A DNA stretch of 64,000 nucleotides, from the NCBI RefSeq assembly GCF_009914755.1, contig NC_060935.1. The stretch is one strand, 5' to 3'. Below, piece after piece: positions 30,651 through 44,124 of this stretch (position 1 is its first letter; every line of letters begins with the position of its first letter). Both the position numbers and the translations under genes were made by a program. Source of the stretch: the human T2T-CHM13v2.0 reference genome, Homo sapiens. The notes under the pieces were generated by a model that was given only the letters and a program-made list of their open reading frames with translations, was not told the DNA's origin and did not search any database.

Positions 30651-33295
30651 GATTCCAATTGCCTTAATACTCATAAAAGCTTGGTCCTCAAATCTTTATA
30701 CTGCAGTGAAAATGACTCTCCTCATGTCTCATACAATTGTGTGGGTGGCCCCAGTGCTGTGGGGATTCTGCAGAGGGTTTCCTCAACCAACTGTTGACAG
30801 CATACGTGTCACCCAGCATGAAGGAGTGATGCACCTATCTTAGGGTTAGTCATTTGTGAGCCCCACAATGGTTCTTTGATGATAGTAAGAATGTGCCACC
30901 AAGGTTTTGGTGAATTGAGAGGACAGGGAAGGGACCTGACAAATGCAATTTCTTCATTGTTAAAAAAAATGCATTTTGAACTTCAGAACAGTTTTTTTTA
31001 AACCATACTTTTATAATCTTTTTAGAAAATGATTCCCTGCTCAAATAAGTTTGGAATATTTTCCTCTCTCGGTGCTTGCTAGGCACATTGACCCATTCAA
31101 ACCCCACCAAAATCCTGCAGTAAGGAACATATTTACTTTTATTTAAGCCATTGTCTCATAAATTTATTTTTCTGGGATTCCTTTTCTTTTTTAATTTTCC
31201 TTTCTTTCTTTTCTTTTTTTCTTTATTCCTTTCTTTCTTTCCTTTTTTTCTCTTTTTTTACACATCATCTATCAATATCCTTTCCTCACAACATATTTTG
31301 GGAAATGTTGGTATAAAACGGATGGCTAGCCTAAAGTCAGCATTCTTGGTTTCAATCAGTTTAGCAAAGCTTAACCAAGGAGAGCCTGTGAAACAAACAT
31401 ATTTTGAAGCAATTAAAATTTGGGTGGTAACTCATTCTTTTCTTATTTACAACAAGCCCACTGGAAAGAGGCCAAGAGCAATTCAATGCTTATTGCATCT
31501 CATTGCATATTATTGGTACTTAGTAAACATTAATTATTAGTGGGTAGTTGAATAAATGATAATGGTAATAAGGATCATGATAATGCTGTATTTTCAACTT
31601 TGCCATAAACCAAAACATTTGAGAAAAATCTTGAGACAGCTTGTAAAACCCAAACACAGCTGGGCTCTCTCATCTCCAGTGAGGATTTTTCACCCTGAAA
31701 CAAACAACAGTTGCTACATAAAGAAAAACAGGTTGACTCGGGTCACTGAGAGACGGTTACTCAGCCCATCATGTACAATGACAAATCCACCTGTCAGAAT
31801 TTTCTAAAATGTGCCCATGACGGGCAACGTCTCTTCTGTCCCTTTAGGAATTTCCAACATGTCACTGCCTCATTGCCTCCCGGGTCCTATAGGATCAAGT
31901 CCCTGCTGACCTGGGCCATCATCTGCTATAATCTCCAACATACCCATGGGCCAACCCACTTTTCTTCATTTATCTGTTCCCACAGTCATTCAACAAGCAT
32001 TTATTGGGAGCAAATTGCTGATGAGGCCCTGGACTACAGTAACGGTGAGCAGCAAATGTGCCTCCTCTCTTCATGCAGCCTGCTGTTTGCTGCACGAACA
32101 CCTCATTCTTGCTTTTCTCGTGATGCTTCCCTTAGTAGACTCTCCTCTCCCTTCCTCTTTGCTACTATGAATGACACTTTCCCGTTAGGACCCAGCTTGG
32201 GGTTTTCCTCCTCCAGGAAATATTCCCTGATCTTATTACCTGGCCAGATAGAGTCACAGAAATGCTTTGAGTTGGAAGATATCTCAGCAAGCTTGTAGCT
32301 GAGGACATTGAAGCTCAGGGCCATTAAGCAGTGGGCCTATGCACATCACTCACGATTGGCCATGATTCTTATCTTACTCAATCATAGTATTGCATTACTG
32401 CTTTCTAATATGCATTTTAGTTTTTCCTTCTCAATTTGATTACTTCTATGCCTTGAATATTTCTATCCATGTAGATAGGTTTAATTTACTCTATCCTCTC
32501 CTCACTGCTTACAAGATAAAATCCAAGTTTTTCTGCTGGATGTGCAGAGATCCAGTTGGCTCCAGCCTACCTTTGCAGCCACAGCTCCTGCCATGTGCCT
32601 CTTTGCATTTGATGCCTCAGCCACCCTGGGCCTCCCCAACCGCATGCCTATGCAGCTGCTTATGCTGCTCTCTGCCAGGAAAACCTGGTTCCTCTTTACC
32701 TGGAGAACACCTACCCTTCTAAGAGGCCTTGTGAAAATACAGTCTTGTGTGAAGCATTCTTTGATCACCTCCTGCCCTATAGACAAAGTAATCAAATAAC
32801 TGAAATACCATACTACAGTAAATGTCACTTAATGACAGGGATACTTCTGGGAAATGTGTTGAAGGCGGTGTCATTCTTGTGTGAACATCCTAGAGTGCAC
32901 TTACACAAACCTAGATGGTACAGCCTACTATACACTAGGCTAGATGGCACAGCCTACTACACACTAGGCTAGATGGTATAGCCTATTGCTCCTAGGGTAT
33001 AAATCTGTACTGAATACTGTAAGCAATTGGAACTGTAAAAATATAGCCTGAAAGATGAAAAGGTATACTTGTATAGGGTGCTTATCATGAATGGAGCTTG
33101 TAGGGCTGGAAGTTCCTCTGGGAGTCAGTGAGTGAGTGGTGAGTGAATGTGAAGGCCTGGGATATTACCATACTCCACACATAGGCTACACTAAATTTAT
33201 TTTTGTTTAAATTTTTTCTTTAGTCATACATTAGTCTTATCTTACTCTAACAACTATTTTACTTTACCAACATAATTTTTTTAACTTTTTGACTT

Positions 33296-33564
33296 AGAAA
33301 ATGTTTATTTTAAGTACAAAGAGGTATCATGGTTTTCATTGGGTAGATCCCTTGGATAATCCTTTCAAGGAAGATCACTTTGTCCATCTTAATGAAACCT
33401 GTATCCTTTCCATACTGATAGAAACACCAGTGGCACATAGGTCAGACCATGCTGGTTTGAGCAGAAGCGACAAGAACGAGAACCCTGTTGGAATTTTCGA
33501 GGGTGGCTCCAGGACAGCCAGCTGGTGACCAAACATGCTCTCAGGAGTGAAATGAGGTAAAAGG
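33296..33564 (-). pseudogene. RPS29: RPS29 (40S ribosomal protein S29/uS14) processed pseudogene
   Basis: Minus strand reads ccttttacctc (5'TOP)...ggtcaccag...ggagccaccctcgaaaattc...cagggttctcg...ggtttcattaagatggac...aataaacatttt, colinear with intronless RPS29 mRNA as recalled; frameshifted; 11-bp TSD ctttttgactt at 33285-33295 and 33566-33576. Confidence 0.93.
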
Positions 33565-34217
33565 TCTTTTTGACTTTTTTGTAAGAATATTTAGCTCAAA
33601 ACACAAACACATTATACAGCTGTACAAAAACATTTTCATTATATCCTTATTCCTTAAGCTTTTTCCAATTTTTAAAATGTATTATTATTTTATTTTTAAA
33701 CTCTTTTTTTAAAAATTCAGACATAAACACACACATTAGCCTAGACCTACACAGGGTCAGGATCATCACTATCCCTGTCTTCCACCTCCACATCCCGCCC
33801 CGCTGGGAGGTCTTCAGGGGCAGTAACACACATGGAGCTGTCATCTCCTGTGATAACAATGCCTTCTTTGGGATCCCTCCTGAAGGACCTGTCTGAAGCT
33901 GTTTTACAGTTACCTTTTAAAAAATATATAAGTAAAAGGAGTATGATCTAAAATAATAGTAAAAAGTGTGGTATAGTAAATACAAAGACCAGTAACGATC
34001 GTTTATTGTCAAATATTTTCTGCTGTATGTAATTATACATGCTGGACTTTCACACAACTGGCAGTGCAAATGGTTGGGCTATACCAGTGTCACCAGGAAC
34101 ATATGAGTAAAGCATTGTGCTAAGACCTTAGGACAGCCGTGATGTCACTAGGCAACTGTGAGTTTTCAGCTCCTTTAGGATCCTATGGGACCACCGTTCT
34201 GTCTGTGGCCCATTATT

Positions 34218-34684
34218 ATTATTATTATTATTTTATTATACTTTAAGTTCTGGGGTACATGTGCAGAATGTGCAGGTTTGTTACATAGGTATACATGTGA
34301 CATGGTGGTTTGCTGCATCCATCCACCAATCATCTAGGTTTTAAGCCCCGCATGCATTAGGTATTTCTGCTCATGCTATTCCTCCCCTAGCCCTACACCC
34401 CCTGACAGGCCCCACTGTGTGATGTTCCCCTCCCAGTGTCCATGTGTTCTCATTGTTCAGCTCCCATTTATGAGTGAGAACATGCAGTGTTTGGTTTTCT
34501 GTTATTGTATTAGTTTGCTGAGAATGATGGTTTCCAGCTTCATCCATGTCCCTGCAAAGGACATGAACTCATCCTTTTTTACAGCTGCATAGTATTCCAT
34601 GGTGTATATGTGCCACATTTTCTTTATCCAGTCTATCACTGATGGGCATTTGGGTTGGTTCCAAGTCTTTGCTATTGTGAACAT
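34218..34684 (-). mobile_element. 5'-truncated L1PA7/8-like 3' end
   Basis: (ATT)n tail, L1 3'UTR; 18-bp TSD tgtctgtggcccattatt at 34200-34217 and 34685-34702. Confidence 0.95.
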
Positions 34685-34829
34685 TGTCTGTGGCCCATTA
34701 TTGACATGAATATGCTGCTCATGACTGTGCCCTCTTCTCACCTCTCTTGTAGTTCCTTCTGCTTGCTATACTGTAATCTCTTTTGACAAGCTCAAGAGCA
34801 CCTTGAAAATAGAAACTGCATCCTACTTA

Positions 34830-36190
34830 TCAACACCTCTCCTGGAAATCACTTATTTTCCATACCCTGAAATCACTCTCCTGGTTCTCCTCCTACTTCA
34901 CTGGAACTGCCATTGAGGTTTCTCTCAAAGGCGCTGCCTTTTCTCCCAATGTTTGCTTGGTGAAGAGCTCCAGGGCTCAGGCCTGGCCATCCTCTCTGGC
35001 TGCACTCACTTCTTGCTGGTATTACTGGGTGTCAGAGCCTTAAACGTGCTTTATACTCAAATGCCTTCCACGCTTCCATCTTCCGGCCTGACCTTGCTTT
35101 GAAATGAAGAACCTCCAGCACGTTGGGAGGCCGAGGCGGGCGGATCGTGAGGTCAGGAGATCGAGACCAACCTGGCTAACACAGTGAAACCCCGTCTCTA
35201 CTAAAAATACAAAAAAATTAGCCGGGTGTGGTGGCGGGCGCCTGTGGTCCCGGCTACTCGAGAGGCTGGGGCAGGAGGATGGCGTGAACCAGAGTTTGCA
35301 GTGAGCCGAGATCGTGCCACTGCACTCCAGCCTGGGTGACAGAGCGAGACTCTATCTCAAAAAAAAAGAAAAAAAAAAAAAAGAAATGAAGAACCTGTGT
35401 CTTCTCCCGTGTCTAAAGATGTTTCACGTTTGTCCTGTATATGCCAAATTCTCACTTTCCCCCTACAAACTGCCCTCTGTTTCCTTCATTTTGATAAAAG
35501 TCACTACATGTGCACAGGAACTCAGTTCAAAAGCCTCGGACTCACTTTTGAGTCCTCTCTTTCTCTCACACCCCAAATCCAATCTGTTAGCAAAGCCTGG
35601 CTTACCTTTAAGATAATTCCAGCTGCAACTCTTTCTCACCACGTGTATGCTCCCATGATGTTGAGGCCCGCACATCTCTCCCCAAGAATGACCTCAGCAA
35701 CTCCTCACTGGCTTCCTGCCCTAACTTGTTCCCCTCGGTGTGCTCATCACGGGCCCTGGAGATTCATTCTTTTAAAGAGTGAGTCAGCTGATGTCCTTCT
35801 CCTGCTCCAAAAGCACTTACAGCTTCCCAACACACTAAGAATAAAATCCAAACTCCTTACAATGGCCTGGACTGCTCCATGTGCTCAGCCCTGTGGCTCT
35901 CCCTCATGCTCCAGCCCCATTGCTTATCTTCTAGGCACAGGGGTCCCCTTGCTCTTTCCCGAGAGTGCTCCTTGCTCAGACAGTGTGGATTCCCTCGGCT
36001 GGACAGCCTGCCTTCAGATACCTACTTGTTGCACGGACCACCTCATCTCAGTCAGGTCTCTGCTCAAATAACCCTTCCCCAGAGGGGCTCATGGTATATT
36101 AACTGGAATTCCACCCACTCACTCTCTTTCCCCTTCCCTTGTTTTATTTTTATTCATAGCATTAATCATTGCCTGAAACTATATTACATA
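34830..36190 (+). mobile_element. L2, interrupted by AluY
   Basis: cactctcctggttctcctcctact; ccccaaatccaatctg; aataaaatccaaactccttacaatggcc. Confidence 0.75.
35115..35382 (+). mobile_element. AluY, 5'-truncated with small right-arm deletion
   Basis: AluY diagnostics; perfect 14-bp TSD gaaatgaagaacct at 35101-35114 and 35383-35396. Confidence 0.95.
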
Positions 36191-36192
36191 TT

Positions 36193-37270
36193 TAATTCAT
36201 TCATTTATTCAACATATACATGCTAAGCCTTCGCTTTGAGCGAGGCACTGTTCTAGGGGTGGGGTCTACACCAATGGCCAAGATACACAAAGGTCCTGCT
36301 CACAAAGAGCTTACATCCTGGTGGAGGAGGGTGGATCTTCAGCAACTTGGCAAATGAAGGAATCATATGCTGGGACAGTAGGTGTTGGAAGACAAATTAT
36401 GCAGTATAAAGGAAACTTGGAGATATCGTAGGAATTTGGAGATATTGTAGGTGGGGTTTGGGACATACCTAATTTTTTTTTCTTTTTTTTTTTACTATCC
36501 AGTGAACAAAGAGAGTCTGACAGGTAAAGTGACATTTGAGTAGAGACACTGAAGTGAGTGAGAGCATGAGCCATTTGCACAGGGAGAGAAGGTCACAACC
36601 AGAGAAGGAGCAGGCAACTGGTGTGGCCAGGACATTAAGGGAGCCTGAGGCTTGACAGAGGGAATAAAGGAAGAGTATAAGAGGTGTCACCAGAAAGGTG
36701 ACAATGGCCAGGACACATGGGGTTTTGAGACCCATGGTAAAGATTCTGGCCTTTACTGTGAGTGAAAAGGGAGGTCTTGGAGGGCTTGGAGCAAAAGGTG
36801 GGCATGACTGAGGGGCCCGCGAGGAGAAACAAAGGTAACAGTTAAGGGCCCTGCAAAACTGCAGGAGAGATGATAGATGCTGCACTGATGTGGTGGGGGT
36901 AGAGGTAGTGAGCTTCAGATTCTGACACAATCTGAAGGTAGAACCAGCAGGATCTGCTGATGTATGGGGTATAGGGCGCGAGAGAAAGAGTGGAATCAAG
37001 GATGACACCATTATTTTTTTACTTGAACAACTAAAAGAATGGAGTGTTGTTGTTGTCATTGTTGTTGTCGTTGTTGTTGTTGTTTTAACTGGGGGAGAAT
37101 GAGGAAGAAACAGGTTGAGAAGGGGCCAGGAAATTCAGTTTGATTTGGGGCATAGTAAGCTTGAGAGGCCCAGTTTGGCTTCCTGTAGATAAATCAAGCA
37201 GGCAGTTGAATCTGTGACTCAGGAATTCAGAGGAGAGGTTTGAGCATCATCAGCAAATCAATAGCGTTTA
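36193..37270 (-). mobile_element. L2
   Basis: ttcattcatttattcaaca...ggcactgttctagg; tctgaaggtagaaccagcaggatctgctgatg; (TTG)n at ~37047-37084. Confidence 0.8.
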
Positions 37271-40156
37271 AAAGCATGATATAGGATTTATTTATTGTCT
37301 TTCAGCCCTACCATGAGGGCAGGGGACTTTGTTTTGTGTTGTCCTATGTGTAATTTCCAGAAGAGTGCCTGGTGCACAGTAAATTGCTCAGTAAATATTT
37401 TGAATGAATGAATAAATGAACGCTTCAGTAGACAGCATCTAGCACCTGACAGGTACATTATAAATACTTGATGACTGAATGGATGATGGCCCTCCAGAGG
37501 GACTAGCACAGTACCTGGCATATAGTAGTTTCACAATAAATACTGGATGGATGATTGACACATTCAACGTGATTCAACATAGAACTAGATTGCCTGTTTC
37601 CAGGACCAGATGTGAGAACAAAGAAGCCATAAAAAGTAAATATTTCATGTCCGTCTTTTTCTGTGAGGCTAAATTGAGTGTGGTGGTGGAATCTCCAGCA
37701 AACCTTGGTGGATAGGAAGTTGGACCTGCTGGTAACTACACTTTTGCTGTAAAACTACGGTAGTGGTGGAAGATGCCATGACTGCCCTCAGTAGAATGAG
37801 CACAAAAGTAGAGCTCGGGAAGAGGGAAGAAAAGGGCTCCAGAAAGAAGCAACTTCCCTCCTCCCATCTGGAAAGCTGCTGAGATGCTCTTCCCTTTATA
37901 TCCAGACAAGGAGGATATGTGCAAATGTTTTCCCAAAGGGAATGCAATTTCTACACTGATCCCCCAGGGTGTGTAATAAATATTTTAGAAGCATATGAAT
38001 CTCTTGTTCTCTTATGATTTCCTTCTCCCTAGCTTTTAATCCAGGCTGCCTTCACCTCCTGCGTCTCTGTCCACGTCCCTTTATAGCTTTTATATTTCCC
38101 TCTCCCTTTCTGTGTCTGCTATCAGCTTTCTTTCCCCTCTCCTTCCTGGACTCCCATTTCTTTGTTCAAAAATGTTCCCAAAAAAGGAGAAGGGGAGAAA
38201 AGATGCACAGAGCATCCCAGTGGGAGAGAACTGAAGAAAAAGAATTGCCAATTTTGAAGAGCCTTTCCGTTTTTATTACAATGTTTTGTGCTTGCCCATA
38301 TCAAATCTTTAAAGAAAACACTAACATTAATAATACATAGTTTGCTTTGTTCAACTCCATTTTATCCTGATCCAAATGCAAGGCATAGGAGCTTGTTTAT
38401 CCCATGCTTCACAGTTGCCCCTACCCTGCTCCCATGTGCATCTTTTCTCATCTGTTTTGATTTCCGGGTGCAAAACAATTTCCGCTTGTTGTGGGAGCAC
38501 GGGCAACCTCTGCTGGAGCTTCCTAAGAGCCATGTCCCAGCTGTTGCCAGCTGTGCTCCCTGTAGGGTGCCTTTCCCTGCCTGGCAAGGCCTTTGGCAGC
38601 CTTACAGGCCTTCTGATTTGCCAAACCACTTTATGATCTCTTGTTATGGTCACCTTCGACCCCAGAAATAATGGTCTCTGTTGTCAGATTCCATTCAAAT
38701 CCAAGAAGTTGTTGTCAATAATACTTTTGTAAATGCAAGAAGGACAATGTCAGTTGAAACGTGTTGGGTTTGTCTTCCCATACTGCTGTGAATCATACAT
38801 ATGCCTCATCTGCTGCTACTTATAATAAAACTGCGTAACAATTACCTCTTTAAAAATAGATGTTTTTCTTCTGTTTTCAGTAGTGTTCATGGTATTGGGC
38901 ATTTTGAAAAAGTATGAAATAAAGTTTTTTTCTTTGCAAAGAGTGAGTTCAAGTAAAAACTGACCTAGTGTATTTATTTTTTCTTCTATTTTTGACAGGG
39001 GAAGAAAAACAGGGATTTCTTCCCTCCCTATCTCATGTTCTTTTCCTTCCTGCCTCTTTCCAGATTGATGTCTACAAAACCCTAATAATTCTCTAAAAAG
39101 ATGGTTCTGCATGAAGAAGGCAGGCAAAAATCTCAACAATTATAGTGTCTTCAGTCATCAGAAGGAAAAAAAAGAACTCTAGAATTTTTATCTTGCAAGA
39201 TTTCTATGATTTTTTAATTTAAATCCACTGGTGAGGACATGGCCATTCTGTAAGAGGGTGCCAAACAAATGGCCTATAATATTTTTTAAAAAACAAAACA
39301 AAAACTGAACATTTGTTGCAGAAACTTCCTTTCCTCCATGTCAACACAAACACCAGCTCCAGAGGTGTCCCATGGGAATGGAACATGACACCTGTAACTC
39401 TTCAAGACTCTTTGATGGTTTCCTTTAGAAGAAACAAGAGGAAGCTATTAATTGTCTTAAGACTCAATTTCTCACAACCTGTGCTTTGAGAATGAAGCTC
39501 AGACCCTACAGGGAATACATTTCGACTACAAAGGATTTTCTCTCTCAACAATTGTGGATGACTTTTTTTTTTTTTTTCCTGGAGTGTTTTTCTCAAAGTT
39601 TACATCATTGTCACCTCCTTTGAATCTCTCTTCTTTGTAGCTTATCTGGATATTCATTTTGCACTTAGATTATTCTAATTCATTTCATTTCTTCCATTGT
39701 AATCCCTTCTGTTCCATTTTACCCAAAAAACATTTATTGAGCCTTCATCCATTAGGACTCTGTCTCTGACTTTTAGGAGCTCTCAATTGAATAAGAGTGA
39801 CAAGGGCAATGACATTTATACTGAAAACTGTAATAAGACAACTACAATCTCAGAATATTAACGTTTTAAAAGAGATGTTCGAAACATACCCTAGAGATAA
39901 AGGGGAGGAGGTTGAAACAACTATGCATTTGTTGGGGGAAGACATTTGCTCAGAAATCAAACTTGAAAGTGAAGGTTTAATCCAAGAACTACATCAAATT
40001 ATAATATATGCCCATCAGTTCCCTTCAGGATAGCTTACCATGATTTTAGTTTCACATACCCACATTTTGCAAGGATACCCTCACACAGGACTGTAAAATT
40101 ATTTGAGGCTTATATAGGATGAATATTGTATAGAGTGGTTTAAAATGTTTGCTCTT

Positions 40157-40459
40157 GGCCTGGCGCAGTGGCTCATGCCTATAATCCCAGCACTTTGGGA
40201 AGCCGAGGCAGGCAGATCACGAGGCCAGGAGATTGAGACCATCCTGGCTAACACAGTGAAAACCCGTCTCCACTAAAAATACAAAAACAAAATTAGCTGG
40301 GTGTAGTGGCGGGCGCCTGTGGTCCCGGCTACTCAGGAGGCTGAGGTGGGAGAATGGTGTGAACCCAGGAGGCAGAGCTTGCGCTGAGCCAAGATCACAC
40401 CACTGCACTCCAGCCTGGGCAACAGAGTGAGACTCCATCTCAAAAAAAAAAAAAAAAAA
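40157..40459 (+). mobile_element. AluY
   Basis: Full dimer, accatcctggctaacac, agaatggtgtgaaccc, gagcttgc; A18 tail. Confidence 0.93.
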
Positions 40460-41586
40460 GTTTGTTCTAAGTGATAGTTAAGCCAAGTTGATTCATTTCA
40501 TGGAATTTTACTGATCATGGATTTTGTGCTACGACAGGTGCTAGAAGTAGCATCATAAAAATCAGAAGAATAAAAATCAGCCCATGTCCCTGAGGCATGG
40601 ACAGTGTTGGGCAGGTCTTCTTAATCATCAACATGACCTGGAATAAAGACAAATCTGAATTCCCCCCACTGCAGTCCTGGCACAGAGGCTGTGCGTATCA
40701 TACTCTTCAGAGCCTCAGTCAAGTGCAAGAGCGTGACCAGGCTGTCCTCCCTCTCTATGTTGTGAGATAGCATAAACGGATGGATGTGAAAGTGGTCTCA
40801 AGAGTAAAAGTGCTATATGTCTGAAGGGGGAGATGTTATTAAAATAAGTTCTAGAAGCATTTTATAGCATGCTGGTAATATGCACCCTTTGTAAAATGTG
40901 TTTTATTTACAGTCATATCTCTTAAAAGTGTCAGAATTATAGGAATACATATCTTACATTTTTCTGAAATTACTTCTAATGCTTTATGGTTCTTGTTAGG
41001 AAAATAATTTGGCTTCTCCTAGAACACTGCTCTTGTCCTCTTGAGCTATGGGAAAGCAAGATAAGACACAGCAGGTTGGCCTCCTGCCACTCTGGGCTTG
41101 GTCAGTCATGCATGCCCACTTCCTGGCTTGGGCCAAGGAGCTCTGAAATCTGATTCTGACAGAGCTCTCATCACTCAATAAATTCAAGGTCATGTAAACA
41201 AAATCAGGAAAAGATTTGTGGGCTTTGTTACACTCAAAATGTACTTGCATATAGAACAAAGTAGAACCAAGATTATAAAGTTCTACAAATCTAAGACTAA
41301 GAGAGTCTCAACCCAATATTACAAAATGCTACCAGGTTGCTCTCAGATAGATATAGAAAATTAAAGTTTTCTCTATAGGAAGAAGCAAAGAGAAGATCAG
41401 GATAGGTTTGACGATGCCCTACAGAGCCTTCCATAATGATGATCAGCTATCTTCTCCTCAATAATAACGATGAGCAGGTACCTTATATGCACTGCTTAAT
41501 TTAAAAGCCTAACAATGATGCTGGAGAAAATATTCAGTGTGTGTCAGTATGTCTCTGTGTGTGTGAGTGATGGTGAAAAAAGTGAT

Positions 41587-41983
41587 ACCATGGAATACTA
41601 TGCAGCCATAAAAAGGAATAAGATCATGTATTTTGCAGGGACATGGATGGAGCTGAAACCCATTATCCTCAGAAACGAACTCAGAAACAGAAAACCAAAC
41701 ACCACATGTTCTCACTTATAAGTGGGGGCTGAATACTGAGAACACATAGACACATGGCAAGGAACACTACACACTGGGGCCTGTCGGAGTGGGGAGTGGG
41801 GAGTGGGGAGAGAGAGCATCAGGAAGAATAGCTAATGGATGCTGGGCTTAATACTGAGGTGATGGGATGATCTGCGTAGCAAACCACCATGGCACACATT
41901 TACCTATATAACAAACCTGCATGCCTGGCACATGTACCCCTGAACTTAAAATAAAAGCTGAACAAAAAAAAAAAAAAGAAAAA
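41587..41983 (+). mobile_element. 5'-truncated older L1PA (PA13-16-like) 3' end, inside an L2 relic
   Basis: accatggaatactatgcagccataaaaagg...gcatcaggaagaatagctaatggatgctgggcttaatac...A-tail. Confidence 0.88.
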
Positions 41984-43239
41984 TGCTATGGAAAAATTAA
42001 AACAGGCTGTGGGTACAGGAAATGCCAGGGTGATGTGGAAAGGTTGCTGTTTTATGGGCGGTGATCAGAAAATGTCTCAGTGATTCGGAAGCCTTCTGGG
42101 CAGAGAGCAGAAAGAAGTATTGGAGTGATCCATGCATATTTCTGAAGAAAGAACATTCCAAGCAGAGGTAATAACCAATACCATGCCCTGAAGTGGGAGT
42201 ATTTTCCCTATGGTAAAGAACAGAAAAGAGCCCTTTTGGTCTCAAGTGGACAGAGGGGAATAATGATAGAACAAGAGGTCAGGAAGGTGACCAGGCCAGG
42301 TGGCACTCAATGTTTCAGACCATTGTTAGACCTTTGGCTTCCACTCTGTCATTCCTTGAAGCAACTACCAAAGGTAGAGAAGAAAACCACAATGCTATAT
42401 GAAAATGGGAGGCTACACTCTGTACTTTTTTAAATTTTTTTAAAAAACACTGATGCACAGCAGTTTGACATTTTTGTTTGCAGTCAATACTCATGAATAG
42501 ATCTCTTCAAAAACTTTCAAAATATATTGACTAGGACTCCACCTCTTTAATCGAAAACTTCATGGTTTTAGACAACACGATAAATTATTTAGAAAACATG
42601 ATGAATTATTTGTCTAAACATATTCTATATTTTTATAGATTTTAACTCTTGACTGCAAAATAAAGTGACCAAAGGAAGAGAAAAACACTCTATTTCAATA
42701 ATTCCGTTTCAAATCAAAAGAAAAATGGTGGTAACATTACTTAAATTATGGCATAAAGTGATGTTACATAGCTTAGAGGTTCAAGGAGAAATAAAACTTG
42801 AAGATTTTACAGAGTTAATGGTCCAGCTGAAGTCCTACACATCAAGAACAAAGGCCATTGGTCATCTGTTTTTTCTTGTGAATCTCACAGCCCTAGTATA
42901 TTTCCATAGGTTTCCATGCTCCCTATTTCATTTTAAATGGACTCTGACTATGCATTCATTATATTCAAGGAAACACACTGGTCACAACTCAAATTTTTGC
43001 CATGCAGCTACAGGTTCAGTATTATATCTATTCAATTTAAGACAGAAGAATCATACAACTTTTGAAGGAGAGACTGTCTAAAACCAATGTCTAAGGATGT
43101 TGGCATTTGTCAAGATTACTTGGCTTTATTTATACTCTACGACCCCTCCACAGAGGAAGTTTGAATTTTCCTCTACAATTCCTCTGTAGTGGAAGTTTGA
43201 ATTTTCATGTTTAGTAGTTTGAGGGCGAATTTGAATTCC

Positions 43240-43345
43240 TGGCTCTTAGGCATATAGGATCCGAAGAACCCAAGTCCTGATGTTTTAAAATATGGCTCTT
43301 AGGCATATAGGACCCGAAGAACCCAAGTCCTGATGTTTTAAAATA
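43240..43345. repeat. 53-bp tandem duplication (1 mismatch)
   Basis: tggctcttaggcatatagga(t/c)ccgaagaacccaagtcctgatgttttaaaata at 43240-43292 and 43293-43345. Confidence 0.97.
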
Positions 43346-44124
43346 ATGTGTATCAAGACACAGTGCATGACTTTATTGAAATGGGACACTGTAGATTTGA
43401 AGAGGAATGAACATTTATATTTTGCAAAAATGTGGTTGCTCCAAATCTCAAAAAAAATGAAAGCCAGAAGAAGTGGTACGTGCTACACAAATGGATTTGA
43501 ATTCAAATGTGGGTACAATTCCTATGGAGATACTATTTTAGGCTTTCTGCGTCTCAGGCAAAAGCCATGCTCTCAGAATTCTGTGAGTGTGCTTCCCCGT
43601 GCATGGTAGCACACCTTGAAATTCAGCCAGAAAGTAGATCCGGGCTAGTCAGGTGGAGAAGGAACAAGAACCAAAACTGGACAAGGCCCCTAGGGACTAA
43701 TGGTAGATATGTGATGATTCCAGGTGCAGGGAGCTGAGGAAAGGGTCCCTCTGCCAGCCCTAAGACAGCATAGGAATAGGAACGGCACCATGCAAAGAGC
43801 AGAGGAGCAGTCTGCAAAGACAATCTAAGCTCCATTGACATGAGGGGCCAAGAGCAGCAGAGCTGGGCATGGCTGCTCATGCCTGTTACGCTGCCTCCCT
43901 CAGAAGAGCTAAGATTGAGGGCTTGTCAGCAGCTGGAGGGGTCTTGCCTCATCACTATGCCGTAGGTTTCCTTGTTAGGCCTGGCACAATATGAGATATC
44001 CAAGAGCAAAAGGACATCAGTTGTCTGCAGAGGGCAGAACCAGCTCAAGCTGAAAACCACTCATTTCACATAGATGGGAAAAGCATGGTGATGGAGCATC
44101 GCAGAGGAGGCAGAGAAATTCCAT

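Larger units (their letters stand above)
32816..34727. mobile_element. Tigger3 (Tigger3b-like) DNA transposon hosting two later insertions
   Basis: ta|cagt left end, catgactg right end; internal acttacacaaacctagatggt...gcctattgctcctagg and cattagcctagacctacacagggtcaggatcatc. Confidence 0.85.

Noticed and set aside
35397-36071. 224-aa ORF, plus the 196-aa ORF at 36469-37059
   Set aside because: Within L2 relics; no recognisable domain; chance open frames.
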